Source of the DNA: Chrysomallon squamiferum
Lineage: Eukaryota > Animalia > Mollusca
Direction: 5' to 3'
Length of the DNA: 64,000 nt
Assembly (NCBI GenBank): GCA_012295275.1
Contig: CM022674.1
Span: 15,996,001 to 16,060,000, forward strand
Under the pieces are notes generated by a model, which saw only the letters and a program-made list of their open reading frames with translations, made no database searches and was not told the origin of the DNA. How positions within the stretch are numbered: the first letter of the stretch is position 1; each line of letters opens with the position of its first letter. Below, piece by piece: positions 33,625-46,273 of this stretch. A program made the position numbers and the translations under genes.

Positions 33625-33745
33625 AGTAAGTTGATACACTTGTAATTGTCAATGTTTCTAGTAGTTCAAACTAAGTATGTTGATAAACTTGTAGTGAGAG
33701 TGTTTCTAGTAGTAGCACATTAAGTATTTTGATAAACTGATAGTT
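33625..33745 (+). repeat. Short tandem repeat, ~47-bp unit, about 2.5 copies (inverted copy at ~56862-56975)
   Basis: Repeated taagtatgttgataaacttgtagt...tgtttctagtag. Confidence 0.6.
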
Positions 33746-33819
33746 ACATACATGTTGGTGAACCTTAAGATCATAATGTTATTGAATTAATAGTATTTTG
33801 AAATGTATTATTTTTATAA

Positions 33820-33887
<68 letters not shown>

Positions 33888-34491
33888 TGCTGTCCTTTTT
33901 ATTAAAATGAATTTACTTTTAATCTATTTTACACTTTACAGAAATATAATGCAGTGACTGAGGATAATATGTAAGTAAACCTATCACTTTTGTTAATATA
34001 TTATCAGATTTAAATTAAAATAACCTGCTTGGACAAGCATGTTTTTTTTACAGAAACGATTTTGATCAAGAAATAAATTATAAGAAGAGGAAAGGCGCAC
34101 GCATTTGCGTATGTCACTGTGTACTTGTGTGTGTTGTTGTGTGTATTTGTATCAGTTTGTGTTTGTGTGTCGGTGGGTGTTTGTGTGTCGGTGTGTGTGT
34201 TTGTGTGTCGGTGTCTGTTTTTGTGTGTCGGTGTTCATTGTGTGAGAGCCTGTTACTGTTAAAACAAAACAAAATCGTTGCAAAATATAATTACTCGTAT
34301 TTTGTTTCTTAGTTGGTTCCTTACTTATCTCCCTTTCTTAAAGTTACACAGTGTATATACTATTCACCTTTATTTGAAATGTATGCGAACGTTAAAGCAT
34401 GAGTGAGTGTGTAATTGAGCAAGTATGTGACACACATCTGTTTGTATGTGTGTTTATAGGTCTATGCTTATAGGTGTATGTGTGTATTTCA

Positions 34492-34558
34492 CTAGAACGT
34501 ATGGCACCCATTCGCCCGCCCTCCGAAGGCGGAGGATGTTACCGTTCGGTCACCGGGA
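34492..34558 (-). mobile_element. 67-bp GC-rich insert with hairpin and CTAG end (Helitron/Helentron-like terminus)
   Basis: On the minus strand it reads TC...cctccg-cctt-cggagg...CTAG followed by T. An identical copy lies at 55970-56036 (+). It is absent from the homologous region of unit A. Confidence 0.4.
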
Positions 34559-34782
34559 CATGGTTGTATATGTGCATGTGAGAGATTATGTGTGTGCGTT
34601 CAATGGCGAAACAGCAGACGTATTTGTATGTGAAAGAAAGTGTAGATTTATGTGTGTGTGTGTTTTAGAGAGCGAGAGGACGGGTACAGAAATTTTATAT
34701 GTGGAATATTGGCTGCTGGGGGATTTTAACCTACACTGATTTTTCAATGAGCATATATTATTATTATTATTATTATTATTAT

Positions 34783-34844
<62 letters not shown>

Positions 34845-37083
34845 CTTTTTCTATTTTTCATTTATTCTATTTATCATTATTGTCTCAATTGTTATTTTTA
34901 TTGTTTCGTTTTGCTTTTGTACATTTCGTTATTAATAATGAGCAATAGATTCATCTAATAGCGTTTGTTTTTTCTATTTGTTTGTTTTAATTATTATTTA
35001 CTTCTTTTTTTTTTATTCTGTACCATGGAATTACAATTTTTGTTTTTCTTTTTGTAAAATGAAGAAAATCAACAGGAAACAAAAATTTCATTTTTTGTAA
35101 AATGAACAAAAATTCAACAGGAGAGACGAGGGTGGAATGGATGTTTTTACTTACAAAACCCGCCAGCTCAGTTATTTTTTTTAGGAGTGTCATGTAGGGG
35201 CCAGTTTTTTTCGGTGTGATTTGTTTTTTTCCTCTCATATTCTGTGAACTACACAATAAATATGTATCTGTGACTGGATGACATATACTGACTGTGATAA
35301 CAAATGAAGTGAATTCTCAGGAAATGTGTTGTCTCTCATGTGAAGAGTTCAATATATTTGGTTACCTACTTTGTTAAATTTTATTATTCAGTTTAAGCAG
35401 TTAACCTTTAAGGTATTTATGTAAACCTGTAATATTAATGGTGTTTTTTTTTTTTTTCAGGTACTTTTTTTTTTTTTTTTTTTTAGAGTATTACTTTAGT
35501 TGTAATCCTAAATATTTTAATTATTAGGATACAGTGTTAAGAAAAGAATACAAAGGTTAGTAAATATCATAAATGAATTTTGTAAATGTCTGTTTATGAA
35601 TCTAGAACAGTGTGTTTTGTGATTATATAGACTATAGTAGATTATTTAATTTGTATGATTGTTAACTTTGTGATCGTCAATGAGATAAAATGAATTTTTC
35701 AAAGATCCATTAAAAAATCTCAATCATAAGAAAGAAAATATCAGAATTCAGTCCACTGCAGCTTTTACAGTTAGAACACATTTCAGTTGACTGCAAAATG
35801 TACAGTCATTGATTTGTAGAGTAATACTTGAGAACTGACAAAAAGCAAAAGATTTATCCAAAAATAATATCGTAACATGAAATAAACTTTATCTAAGGAT
35901 CCAATACTTCATCCAGTAGATCAAAACTATCATTCATTTTCAAATTAAATTTTATTAACATTGATTTTGAAATTAATAAACTCCAGAAATAATATATTTC
36001 TGAACTGAGATATATTATCCAGGAATAACAGTTAAACAGTATTACAAATTTGAAAAAAAAAAAACCAACTAAAAAAATAAATAAATAAAAAAAAAAAAAA
36101 AAAAAAAAAATATAAAGAAAGAAAGCAAATATTTATGAAAAACATATGTAATAGAAAATAAATACAACAAATCACTTTTCTTTTCAATCTAATAACTATT
36201 GAAACAGCCCTATTATTGCTTATGTATTTAATATATTTAAAATAACAAAATTTAACTTTATAACTATTTTAAGTAAAAACAGTTCACTCGTGAACCTGCT
36301 GGTTTTTAGTATTTAACAAGTTATTAATGTGTTTATCTGTTGATTACAAAATTTGTTGAAATTACTCGTGGTTTGAGATTATGGTGTGGTTTCCTGTCTA
36401 CTGTCGCAGACGACAAAAGCTAAGATGGCATTCGGGAAGGTTCGGAATGATGCGAATGGTCACGACCAGTTTTAACGCTACTGAATCAGCGAGACTTGCG
36501 GTTTTGTTTATCAAGACTACAGTTAACCACATGCATATCCGGCGTTAACCGTTAGTGTTTATAAAAAAATATTGGCAACATAAGATAAGCCAGTACGTCC
36601 AATTTATCGAACTACGAGCAAACATTTTATGTGAAATAAATATTTGAGATAAAGTAATTAATAGTGGCTCTTGAATTATAACTTATAGATAAACAGGTCA
36701 AGTCGCCCAAACGGATCTTTGGCCATTTCAAGCCCGCTGCCCTGTACTAGTGTGTAAGTGTATTACAGAGTATACAGTATAACTGTAGTGTATATTATAC
36801 AATATAGGCCTATATATATTTCGCAAAGTAATATTTAAAACTATATATGTATATACACATTTTTAATATACTAGCTGTTATGAAGTGGATAGGTATATTT
36901 AAAAATTTATTTAAAATTTTGTTGTGTGTGAAAAACATTGTTTTATATATATTTATCATGCTGATATTTTGAAGTAAAATACAATTGTTATTGTTCTTGT
37001 TATTATTGTTGTTGTTGTTGTTGTAAAATCTTGTACAACTATTAATGACGTATATTTGTTATATATTTATTTTGTATTTACAG

Positions 37084-39575
37084 ATGGTTGAATTTCCACT
37101 GGAGTCCATATTGTCCAAGATGTTTATCATGTCATTTCACTTGGCCTGTAGTGGTCGAATTCTCACAGTTGTGTCTGTGTTGTCTGTGCAAAGTGTTTTA
37201 TACAGACCAGAGGTCTGAATTTCATTTTTTGTATTGGTATTACAAATATGATTAAGCTAGTATAACATTAAACAACCAAAATTATTATTAAACAAATTTT
37301 ACGTAAAACATCTTATGTTTTGAAGATGAAAAAAAAAAAAAAAGTACAAGGAAATGAATTTATTGTTTTTAAAAACAGAAAGAAGTGAAATTATTCATAA
37401 ATAAAATAAATTATTTTTCCTCCATCTTAAAGATTTTTTTAATTTATTTATTTTTTTTATTTAAGGGAAATAATCTTTTTTAAGAAAAATGTTTGACACA
37501 ATGAAAGTTTTGTCACTAAACTGAAAAATACTTGAAGCTTTCATTTTCCTTTATGTTGGTTATTATGAACAATAATAAAATACAGAAAAATCGCAGCAAA
37601 ATCAATTTATTCTGACTAAATAATTTGTAATTCTAATATTTTAGGTGATATTTAAATAGTAATTTGTTTTGGTTTCCAGAGATTACCAATGATAAATTGT
37701 ATAATTTTTTTTTTTTTTTTTTTTATTTAACTATAATTTTATTTATTAGAGTTATCAGTAATAAATGTTACAATTTTTTAGTTAACTCATTTCATTGTTA
37801 AGGTTTATCAATGATAAATGTAATTTATGACTTTACAGGATAAACAAGCTCTTGCTGTCCAAAATAAAGGCCAGGTTCCTTCAGGCCAAGGATGACCACT
37901 TGACCATGTGTGTAGTGCACAGTTCAGTGAAGAACAGTCACTTCTCCAGTCCTGACTGTTAAGAGAAATTTGTACAGATTCAGACACTCAGATGTACTGA
38001 ACATCTTTGTAAACAGATGCTGGGTATAATGGACAGGTAATTCAGTTCAGTACTATATTTTATAAACATTAAAATAACCACTTACTTAATTTCATCTGAG
38101 AATGTTTTAATATTAATATTATTACATATAGTTTTATTGTTTATTTGTAAATACAGACTTTGTCATTGATTTACCAATTGCGATAACATAGCTGTAAGAG
38201 GAAATAGTCAATTGAACATGCATTTTAGAAAGTTTAAATTTTAAAATTTTGAATAAGATAAAGATTATAGATTTTATTTGTTATCAATTTAAAAAGGTAA
38301 AAAATAAAAATAAATAAACTATATTTTATTATTAAAATTATTAGATTCATACTTAAAGGTTCTGACTTGACTTGTTCAAACTTGTGTTAAACACAAATAT
38401 CCCCAGATAATCAAAACTACAGGAATAAAAAGAAATATTTTAATAAATACAATCTGACTTTATTTCATTTCAGTTAAATTTTATTTCACTCCAGATATAT
38501 ATTCGTTGAAAACATCACTCCAAATTGAAGTGAAGAAATAAAATTGTAATTGTTGTTCTACAAACGTGTACAATGTAATGTTTCATTTTCAGAAACAAGC
38601 TGGATGTTATGTCAGATTCACCACAGAGTACAGAAATCTATTTACAGCAGATTCTTACAGCAAAGAAATCACAGGACAGTTACAGATCAACAACTGAAAA
38701 TCAGATATTTTATATCTGTGCTGTTTTAACAGGCTGAGTGATTGGTAAGTAAACTGTATGTACATTTAATTTGTAATACTGTAACTGACATTTGTTTTTA
38801 TAAATGTACGTATGTCATGTCTGATTTTTCACACAAGCTGGTGTTGTACACAGAGTACAGAAATCTATTTACAGCAGATTCTTCACATCATGTCAGTTTA
38901 ACTGTCTGCTTGACTGGTAAATAAATGTAAAAGTTTCGCTCTCAAATTTTAATAGACTTTTACCTCATGCCTTTCAGTAACCACGAAGTGAACAATAATT
39001 TTAAATGGTCTGTTTCAGGCGATAGTTATTAATTATTATTTTTGATAATGACAGTGTGAGAGAAAAACCCTCTACATTTTCACTGTTAATTAAGTCAGCT
39101 ATTTTTATGTTCAGTTTTCAGTGTACATTTTTTAATAAATGAGTAACAGACTGCACAAATCAAGATTGATACTACAATCTGTTACTTCTCATCTCAACTC
39201 TACTACGAAGTCACAAAACATCAGATTTGAATTTTATCTAGTCTTCGTTATACATGTCAAATTGTATAATACAAATTCAGAGGTAGACTTTTATAACCAG
39301 GACATATTAATACTGTTTATAGACTTCTGAATATTATTTTACTTTTAATAAAAACACATTTAAATTTTTAAATTTTCAGATTTATAATAAGAAATGTTAA
39401 TGATAATCATCTGTTCATTCTAAATGATTTCTTGAGTTTGCCTCCAAGTTTTTCAAGTTTTCTGATCACACTGAACTAGGCAAGCAGAAGAAATAGCATA
39501 AGATCAAACATCTCAAAAATAATAATAAAAAGAAGCCAAATGCCAGGAGAATACTGATAACTTCTAGAAAAATCC
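37084..39575 (+). pseudogene. DHX8: Unprocessed C-terminal fragment of DEAH-box helicase DHX8/PRP22 (HA2 and OB-fold exons)
   Basis: Exon 37084-37212 reads [43 protein letters not shown]. Exon 37839-38036 reads DKQALAVQ/KARFLQAKDDHLT...C*EKFVQ...KQMLGIMDR, with a frameshift and a stop. Exon 38593-38744 reads NKLDVMS..RVQKSIYSRF..YR..LFNRLSDW. Exon ~39380-39575 reads K*FLEFASKFFKFSDHTELGKQKK*..KPNARRI. These match DHX8 motifs MAEFPLEP, DKQALADQKKAKF, KQMLGIMDR, FFKVSDPTKLSKQKK (from memory). Splice sites are mostly retained. No helicase-core exons were seen. Confidence 0.88.
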
Positions 39576-40689
39576 ACACCATACAAAAGTTTAAAAACGT
39601 TACTTGTGTGAGTCATGGACTTTACACTTACTGAATAATTTATAAAACTGTGATTTCAGATTGGAAGTCACAATGTTGTTCATACAAGATATAGTTACAT
39701 ACAGATCAGTATACATGTTTCGACCAGATACAACACGAAGTACAGTCAGGTCTGTGTGAAAAAAAGACTTAATTTTTTTTAAATGATTTATGCTAGAAAT
39801 GATTGATTACTGCTTTACATTAAAGTGTTTGGTCCAGGGGAGATAATTTCATTTTTGTAATTTTATTTTTGTAATTTTTAATTTAATTTAAAAAAAAAAA
39901 AAAATACTTAATCATCTAATACAAATATTGAATAACAAAGAATACTAACACTTCTGGTAAAGATTTGTCCAATAAATGTATCTTAATAAAAAATAAAATG
40001 GAAGTAGATAAGGTTTTGTTTTTTGGAAGATAAGATCAGAAATTATACATTTTCTTAATAAATAATTTTCAGATTACAAATTATTAATTAATCTTCTAAC
40101 CTTTTTGTAAACAAATGCAGTGGCATTTTTTATTTCATTTTGTATATTTTATTATTATACTTTTGTTGGATAGATCAGAAATCGGTATTTTTTATATTTT
40201 ACAGCACCTTTTTCTCTCATCTTAAAAACCTTATAAAACATTTAAAAACATTTTTAATTTAAAAGTTCAATAATATATTATGTAATGCTTTTCTAAATTT
40301 TTAATTAAGGATTTTATGTCATTTATATGAAAAAGTAATTTTTAATTCTTTTGTATTATTTTTAATTTTAATATTTTTAGCAAACATCCTAAGATGAGGA
40401 ATATTTTTATTTACATAGCTTTGGTACATTAACCAAAACTTAATAAACATTACAAATTCTTGTATATTAGTAGCTGTTCAAAATTATTTGAATTTTCTGA
40501 TTCATGATGAGTGCATGAAATATCCATAACACAGAGAGAAAAAAATCACAGACTAATTTAGACTGTTTATTTTAAGAAAATAAAATAAAATTTGATTACA
40601 TATATTTATTTATTTGTATTTTAAAATACCAGCCTAAGAGACACACACTGATGTACTGGGTGAACCAAAAAATATTTTCTGAACATTAA

Positions 40690-42405
40690 CACCTCATAGT
40701 TGATATGTCACAGTATGATCTGGTGTTGAGGTCCAGAGAGACAGTGGCTTCCACAGTTATGTCCCCTTGGCTTGGAAATCCATAAGCTGTGACATGTGAT
40801 GTAAGAGGAAATTTCCTAGACATTGTTGGAGATGTTGTCCTGTTTCTTGGAGTTTTGTCTCTTTCCTGTGCTTTTGAATGATTAAGTGTTTTTCTTTGGC
40901 TGGTTTTAGCATTAAAGCTTCAAGTTTTTCTCCTGATTGCTCACATTTGACTGTTGAGATTGGTCACCTGCTGTAGTAACACTCTACAACTTCATGCATC
41001 AGAATTGTTGTAGTTGGACGTGGTCGGCTGCAGTGTGTGTTGTATGTCCAGGTAAACAAACTGCGCTGCTCATTGGTGAAACTTTGACACAACTCTGAGT
41101 CGAATATGATGTTGGACAAGAGTGAAGAACAAACTGGTCTGAATCTGATTGGTGAGAGCACTGTCTCATCTGTGTAAATAAATAAATCAATAAATAAATA
41201 AAATAATGAATAAAATATTAAGTAAATAAACTGACAAACAAATAAAATACTGAATATTACTACTACTATTGCAACAATCTACTATTAGTACTGCTACTAC
41301 TATTACAACTAGTACTACTACTACAACTAGTACTATGACTACAACTAGTATTTTTATGACTGTGAGTCACAAAAGATACATTATGATCACAAAGCATCAT
41401 CGGCTAAAATATCACCTATTACTACAAACAAGAATGATTATTATTAAGTACTAATACTGTAACAACTACACTACAAAAATGAGTTTACTACAACTACTGC
41501 TGTTACTGTAAGAACAACGACAACCTCTGTAGATGCTTCTGTTCCTGCCAGGCTAGTTCAGATTCTTTGATGACATTTCTCTCATGTGGTGAGCTCACAG
41601 AATTACCTCTTCTTGTGTACTGAGTAGTTTCTGAAAAACAAGCATTTATTTGTAGATATACAAAATAGTTCTCTTTCTGACAAATACATATATTAATCAC
41701 TAATGTTTTATCCTGATATATATATATATATTTTTGTTTTTTTAAATTTCTATATTATAAATATACTAAAATTCGTAGAATCATCAAATTATAGTGAAAA
41801 CTAAGAAATGGCAAAATTAATTTTTAAAATTTGAAATAAAAACAAAATAAAGTTAACTGCATTCTGGGAGTTGAAAACGAAACAAGAAATGGTTTTTATT
41901 ACTCTTACTACAAATATAAACTAACAAGAAATGAAATAATGCAAAAGGATATAAGGAAACATGGAAGTGAACTAAAGTATCCTGCTATTTGTATACAACA
42001 ATTAATTTACTTGTTATTGTAGACTATCCTTGCACTAATCTGCTTTTCTTACTCTGTATTGAGAATATTTTACCAATACCAAAACTGAGAAGAATGTAAG
42101 TAGATTGTTAAACAGAAAAGTTAATGATTGTGTTTTTCATACCAGTTTTATAATTTCTATCCAGAAGAACTGCTCTGCAGGAAAGATTAAGAGTTTTTTC
42201 TCGTATTCTATCTCATGTGCACAGGAAGTCCTTGTATTGAAGTGGAAAAATTGATGGAAATGTTTTGATGAGGAAAAGATTTTATAAAGAATTAGGTATT
42301 CTTAACCCATCTTTCAAACATATAGCTGAAGAAAAAATAAATAACAATGAGGCAGTTAATATCTAAAAATACAGGAAAAAATAATGATTAGGATATACGA
42401 CTGTG

Positions 42406-42504
<99 letters not shown>

Positions 42505-44017
42505 CTATACAGTTTGTGATTTTGTTGATTATGAAATATAAAATTACAAAAACAATAACAACACATCTAACTATAAACATCAATAAATTTAATATATGCT
42601 AAATTTCAAAGTTACCAACTGATTCATTATTTTATTTACAAAAGTTGTGTTTATTAAACTAACCATGAAAACTGAGAGACTGCAGACAATAGAAACTACA
42701 GTACATTGTCTCCTATGTAACAGGAAAGTTAAACACTTTAAAATACTCATTCCTTTGTTTTAAAATACAGAAATAAACATTTACAACAAAATAATCGCAT
42801 TTATATGAATTTAAGTATATGCATGTGTCTGTGGGTATGTGTGTATGTCTTTGTGTTTGTGTGTGTGTATATGTGTACTTACTGATATATTATTTACAAA
42901 CTGCAACTTCATATATTAAATTAAATTAAACTTCATTAGTTTTAGAATAATGAGAAATATAAAGAAAACAAACTCAAATTCACCTGCTCAGATTTTTTCT
43001 CCTTTGCAACGGCAGCAGTTCAAACTTTATTTAACCAGAAAATAAGTGTGTCCTCAGTGCCTGATGGAAGTTCACTGGATGTGTTAAAAGTTGTAATTTG
43101 TCTGAAAGTTTAAAAGTTTCTTGCTCGAAATGCTGAATGTAAAGTCTTTGTTCTCATTACATTATATGATAAATTATATAAAATGGGCAGCCCAAATTTC
43201 ATTCTCCATCTCCCTCTGTTCTGTCTTGAGATCCTTCATCCTCTCTCCTTCTCATACATTCATACATTTGCAAATTTAACTGCAATCATCATAATACTTC
43301 TCCTTCTTAGTGATCAAAGTAGAAAGATGAATACCTTTAAATACACCTCAACAATAAAATAAATAAACTTTAACATACCCAAACAATCTCATTTTAATTA
43401 TAATTTTTTTTTTCAAATTTTAGTATTTAACAAGATAATAAATATAAAATAAAAAAATAAATAAATTAAATAAAAACAACATACCTGACAGCTTGAACAG
43501 CACATACTACTGAAACAAATTCACTGGCATACATCAACATCAGCACATGAATTAAAGCAATATATGCATACTGAAATTGAATAAAAATAATAACAATAAA
43601 AAACAAAAATAATAAATAAACAGTCAGAGATAAATAACTAATACTTCTGTCTTTATTAACACTAAAATCTTACTGGATTATTGAGATAAAATAGGCTGTG
43701 TGGTATTTTTTACATACTTTGTTATTAATAAATTGTTATCGAGTTATGCATGATAATGATACTGATGATAATGTTAATGATAATAATAATAAAAATAACA
43801 ATGAACAAAACAACAGCAAATAAGTGATTATTATTTCACTGTTTTATAATTAACTACAAAACTTATTTTACTCTCTACAACACAAAAATAATACAAACTA
43901 AACTCACAACTGAGAATGGAACAGGCTGCGTGAGAATGGTTTCTGTAACAGCTGATTCGTCCTTCTCCATGATGTAAATTCCCTTTCTAGACAGCATCTC
44001 AATAATACTGTGTTGAC
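40690..44017 (-). pseudogene. CAMSAP: Unprocessed fragment of CAMSAP/Patronin (N-terminal and CH-domain exons)
   Basis: Phase-compatible exons: 44017-43908 (QHSIIEMLSRKGIYIMEKDESAVTE), 43570-43485 (YAYIALIHVLMLMYASEFVSV..AVR), 43101-42984 (QITTFNTSSELPSGTEDTLIFWLNKV*), 42712-42664 (SFYCLQSL, truncated) and 42325-42143 (ICLKDGLRIPNSL*NL.. / IFPAEQFFWIE). These match CAMSAP motifs LSRKGIYVME, SKELPYDLEDAMVFWINKV, DICLKE..DSLYN, FIAELFWWFE. In-frame stops and a frameshift are present. Downstream exons 41630-41525 and 41169-~40690 are Ser/Thr-rich and less certain. Confidence 0.85.
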
Positions 44018-44421
44018 CTATGAAAAATATTTAATACCAACAGTAAATATAAAGTTTATTACTTTTTTTACGAAAATGATGTATATAAATAACCCTCAGG
44101 TGTTTGAATGAATCTGATATTGTCGCTGAAGAATGTCTGTGATGACACAATCCTGAGAGACATATCGAGTATAAATACAAATTTTATACATTGTGCAAAT
44201 GTTTTGTTCTTTTTGACTTATAGGAGTTATTCTGGGTGGAAACTTTCTTTTTTACTTCAGTTTAAATATAAATATATATATTATCATATGTGGCTGTTTT
44301 AATTATTTTTATTTACATACAAAATTGCCCAACACACACACACATAGTGACAATACTGAATATGGTGAATACCTCTATCTTTCACTCACTCTTCTCTCAC
44401 ACATACATCTTTATCTCATTC

Positions 44422-45420
44422 CAGGGCTAAAAATGTGCGTGAATCTCCAAATCTGATTCGCAGCAACATAAAACATTTGAATCTATTTGGATTCATGTCA
44501 AATGTTTCCAAAATTCTATAGAACTGATAATCAACGAGTAAAACATTACCAAATTAAAAACAAAACTAGTCTGGTTAACAAGCATCAGTTTAAAGTGGTT
44601 TCAAAAGTGTAGCATACATTCCAATCCGTGTTTGTTCCAAACATTGTGATTTATCAAGATTAGTCTGGTGTGAAGTCAAGTGGTGGTTGTCCCATTTCTA
44701 TGAACAAAAAATTGCTAACAAAGAAAACTGAAAGTAACATGTTTGTTCATTTTTACACAGTAACATGGTTATAGTTATTGAGTGTGCCAAATTTACTATT
44801 ATATCAGAATTACTATATTAGTTCATTGATATTATGTTCTTTACCTTAAATTTCCTGGTCTTTTCACTCCATGATTGATTTGTTTTGCTGGTTTTAGAAA
44901 TGTGCTTTGGTAACATCCACACAAACATCGAATCAACGGCATTGCGCAAGAACATATTGTATGCACTGTTTATAAATCTTCTAAAGATAACCTGGTAAGA
45001 CATTAAAGAAAACAAACTGTAAAGACGAAATGGAAAAATCTTCAACTGAAAAAACAGTAAAAGAACAGTTTCAAATTCCTGGTCTAAACAAATAAACAAA
45101 ATGTTTGTTTTTGACAGTACCAATCAAAACATAATGCATGCCACATGCAAAGTTTATCAAATGCACTTTTAATGAACCGATACGTTGTACAGAGGAAAAC
45201 TGTTCAAGAGCTGAACGCTTATGTACGGTATGGAACTAATTATATGTTTAAACCTAATCTTGAAGGTCACATGACATTAGCAGGTCATATTAAATGTTTA
45301 GAAATTTATACCAGTGAACTGGTCTCCAAAAGACAAAAAAACATTGATATACATGTTTGGTTCTGCCAGAGACCAAGCTCTAAAAACTGCAGCCAGCCAT
45401 AAGATGCAGTCTGTATACTG
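44422..45420 (+). mobile_element. Possible hAT-like DNA transposon 5' remnant (TTF-type zinc finger)
   Basis: Starts CAGGGCT. 45059-45300 translates KRTVSNSW...FDSTNQNIM..TCK...GTNYMFKPNLEGHMTLAGHIKC, resembling the N-terminal zinc finger of ZNF862-like hAT transposases. Degraded. Confidence 0.4.
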
Positions 45421-45441
45421 GCTGGAAATAAAAACCATGTA

Positions 45442-45670
45442 GCTAAAACTAAGAAAGACTGCTTTCCACTACCTAGAATAGATGTCATTAAATGCTTTGT
45501 ATGGAGCTCAATGGTTTACTATACTGGATATGGTCAGTGAATACAACCAGGTTGCAGCTGAGGATAAAGACAAAGACAAAACTGCATTGATCACTCCAAT
45601 GGGTTTGTTTGAATACAATTGAATGCCTTTTGGTTTATCAGGAGCCCCAGCCACATTTCAAAGACTCATG
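45442..45670 (+). mobile_element. Ty3/Gypsy LTR-retrotransposon reverse transcriptase fragment
   Basis: [69 protein letters not shown], with one frameshift and one stop. Confidence 0.88.
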
Positions 45671-46077
45671 CTTTATAAACTATAATAGAACCATATCAAA
45701 CCCTTTTAATAGATATATTTGTATAATTAGTAATGATAGAAAGAAAAGGAATATATCCAGTGATGATGAGGTTGATGCCATACCAACTAATAAGTATTTA
45801 AAAAGTTCTACAACATTATCGGAATCTTCTAGTGATAATTTATTTTCTTCAAATAGTGATTTCGAAATACCCTGCGGGCAAAAGAAGCTGTAACAGCTAC
45901 GATAGACCCTGTTGTTCATACCCTATATTGAAGCGTTACAATATATTTAACTATGAAGTGAAGTTAGAACAAAGGAGGAAGCAATTAACTTTTGTCAAAA
46001 TTTAAAACGTCTACCAAACATTATGAGATGCCAAACTGTAAATGTGTGATTTGAACAAATTAACATTGGTGAAATGG

Positions 46078-46273
46078 AAAAATCTTAATTACTCACATTT
46101 TTTATTTCAGTTTAATAAAAACATTTGTAAAGACAAAAGTAAAAATCATAATTACTTACATTTTTTATTTCAGTTTAATAAACAGATTTGTAAACACAAA
46201 AGTAAAAATCACAATTACTTACATTTTTGATTTGAGTTCAATAAACAGATTTGTAAACCCAAACGTAAAAATC
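46078..46273 (+). repeat. Tandem repeat, 63-bp unit, about 3 copies
   Basis: Unit aaaaatcataattacttacattttttatttcagtttaataaacagatttgtaaacacaaaagt. Confidence 0.85.

Noticed and set aside
46078-46273. CRISPR-like array
   Set aside because: The units are directly adjacent with no unique spacers, and the context is eukaryotic.
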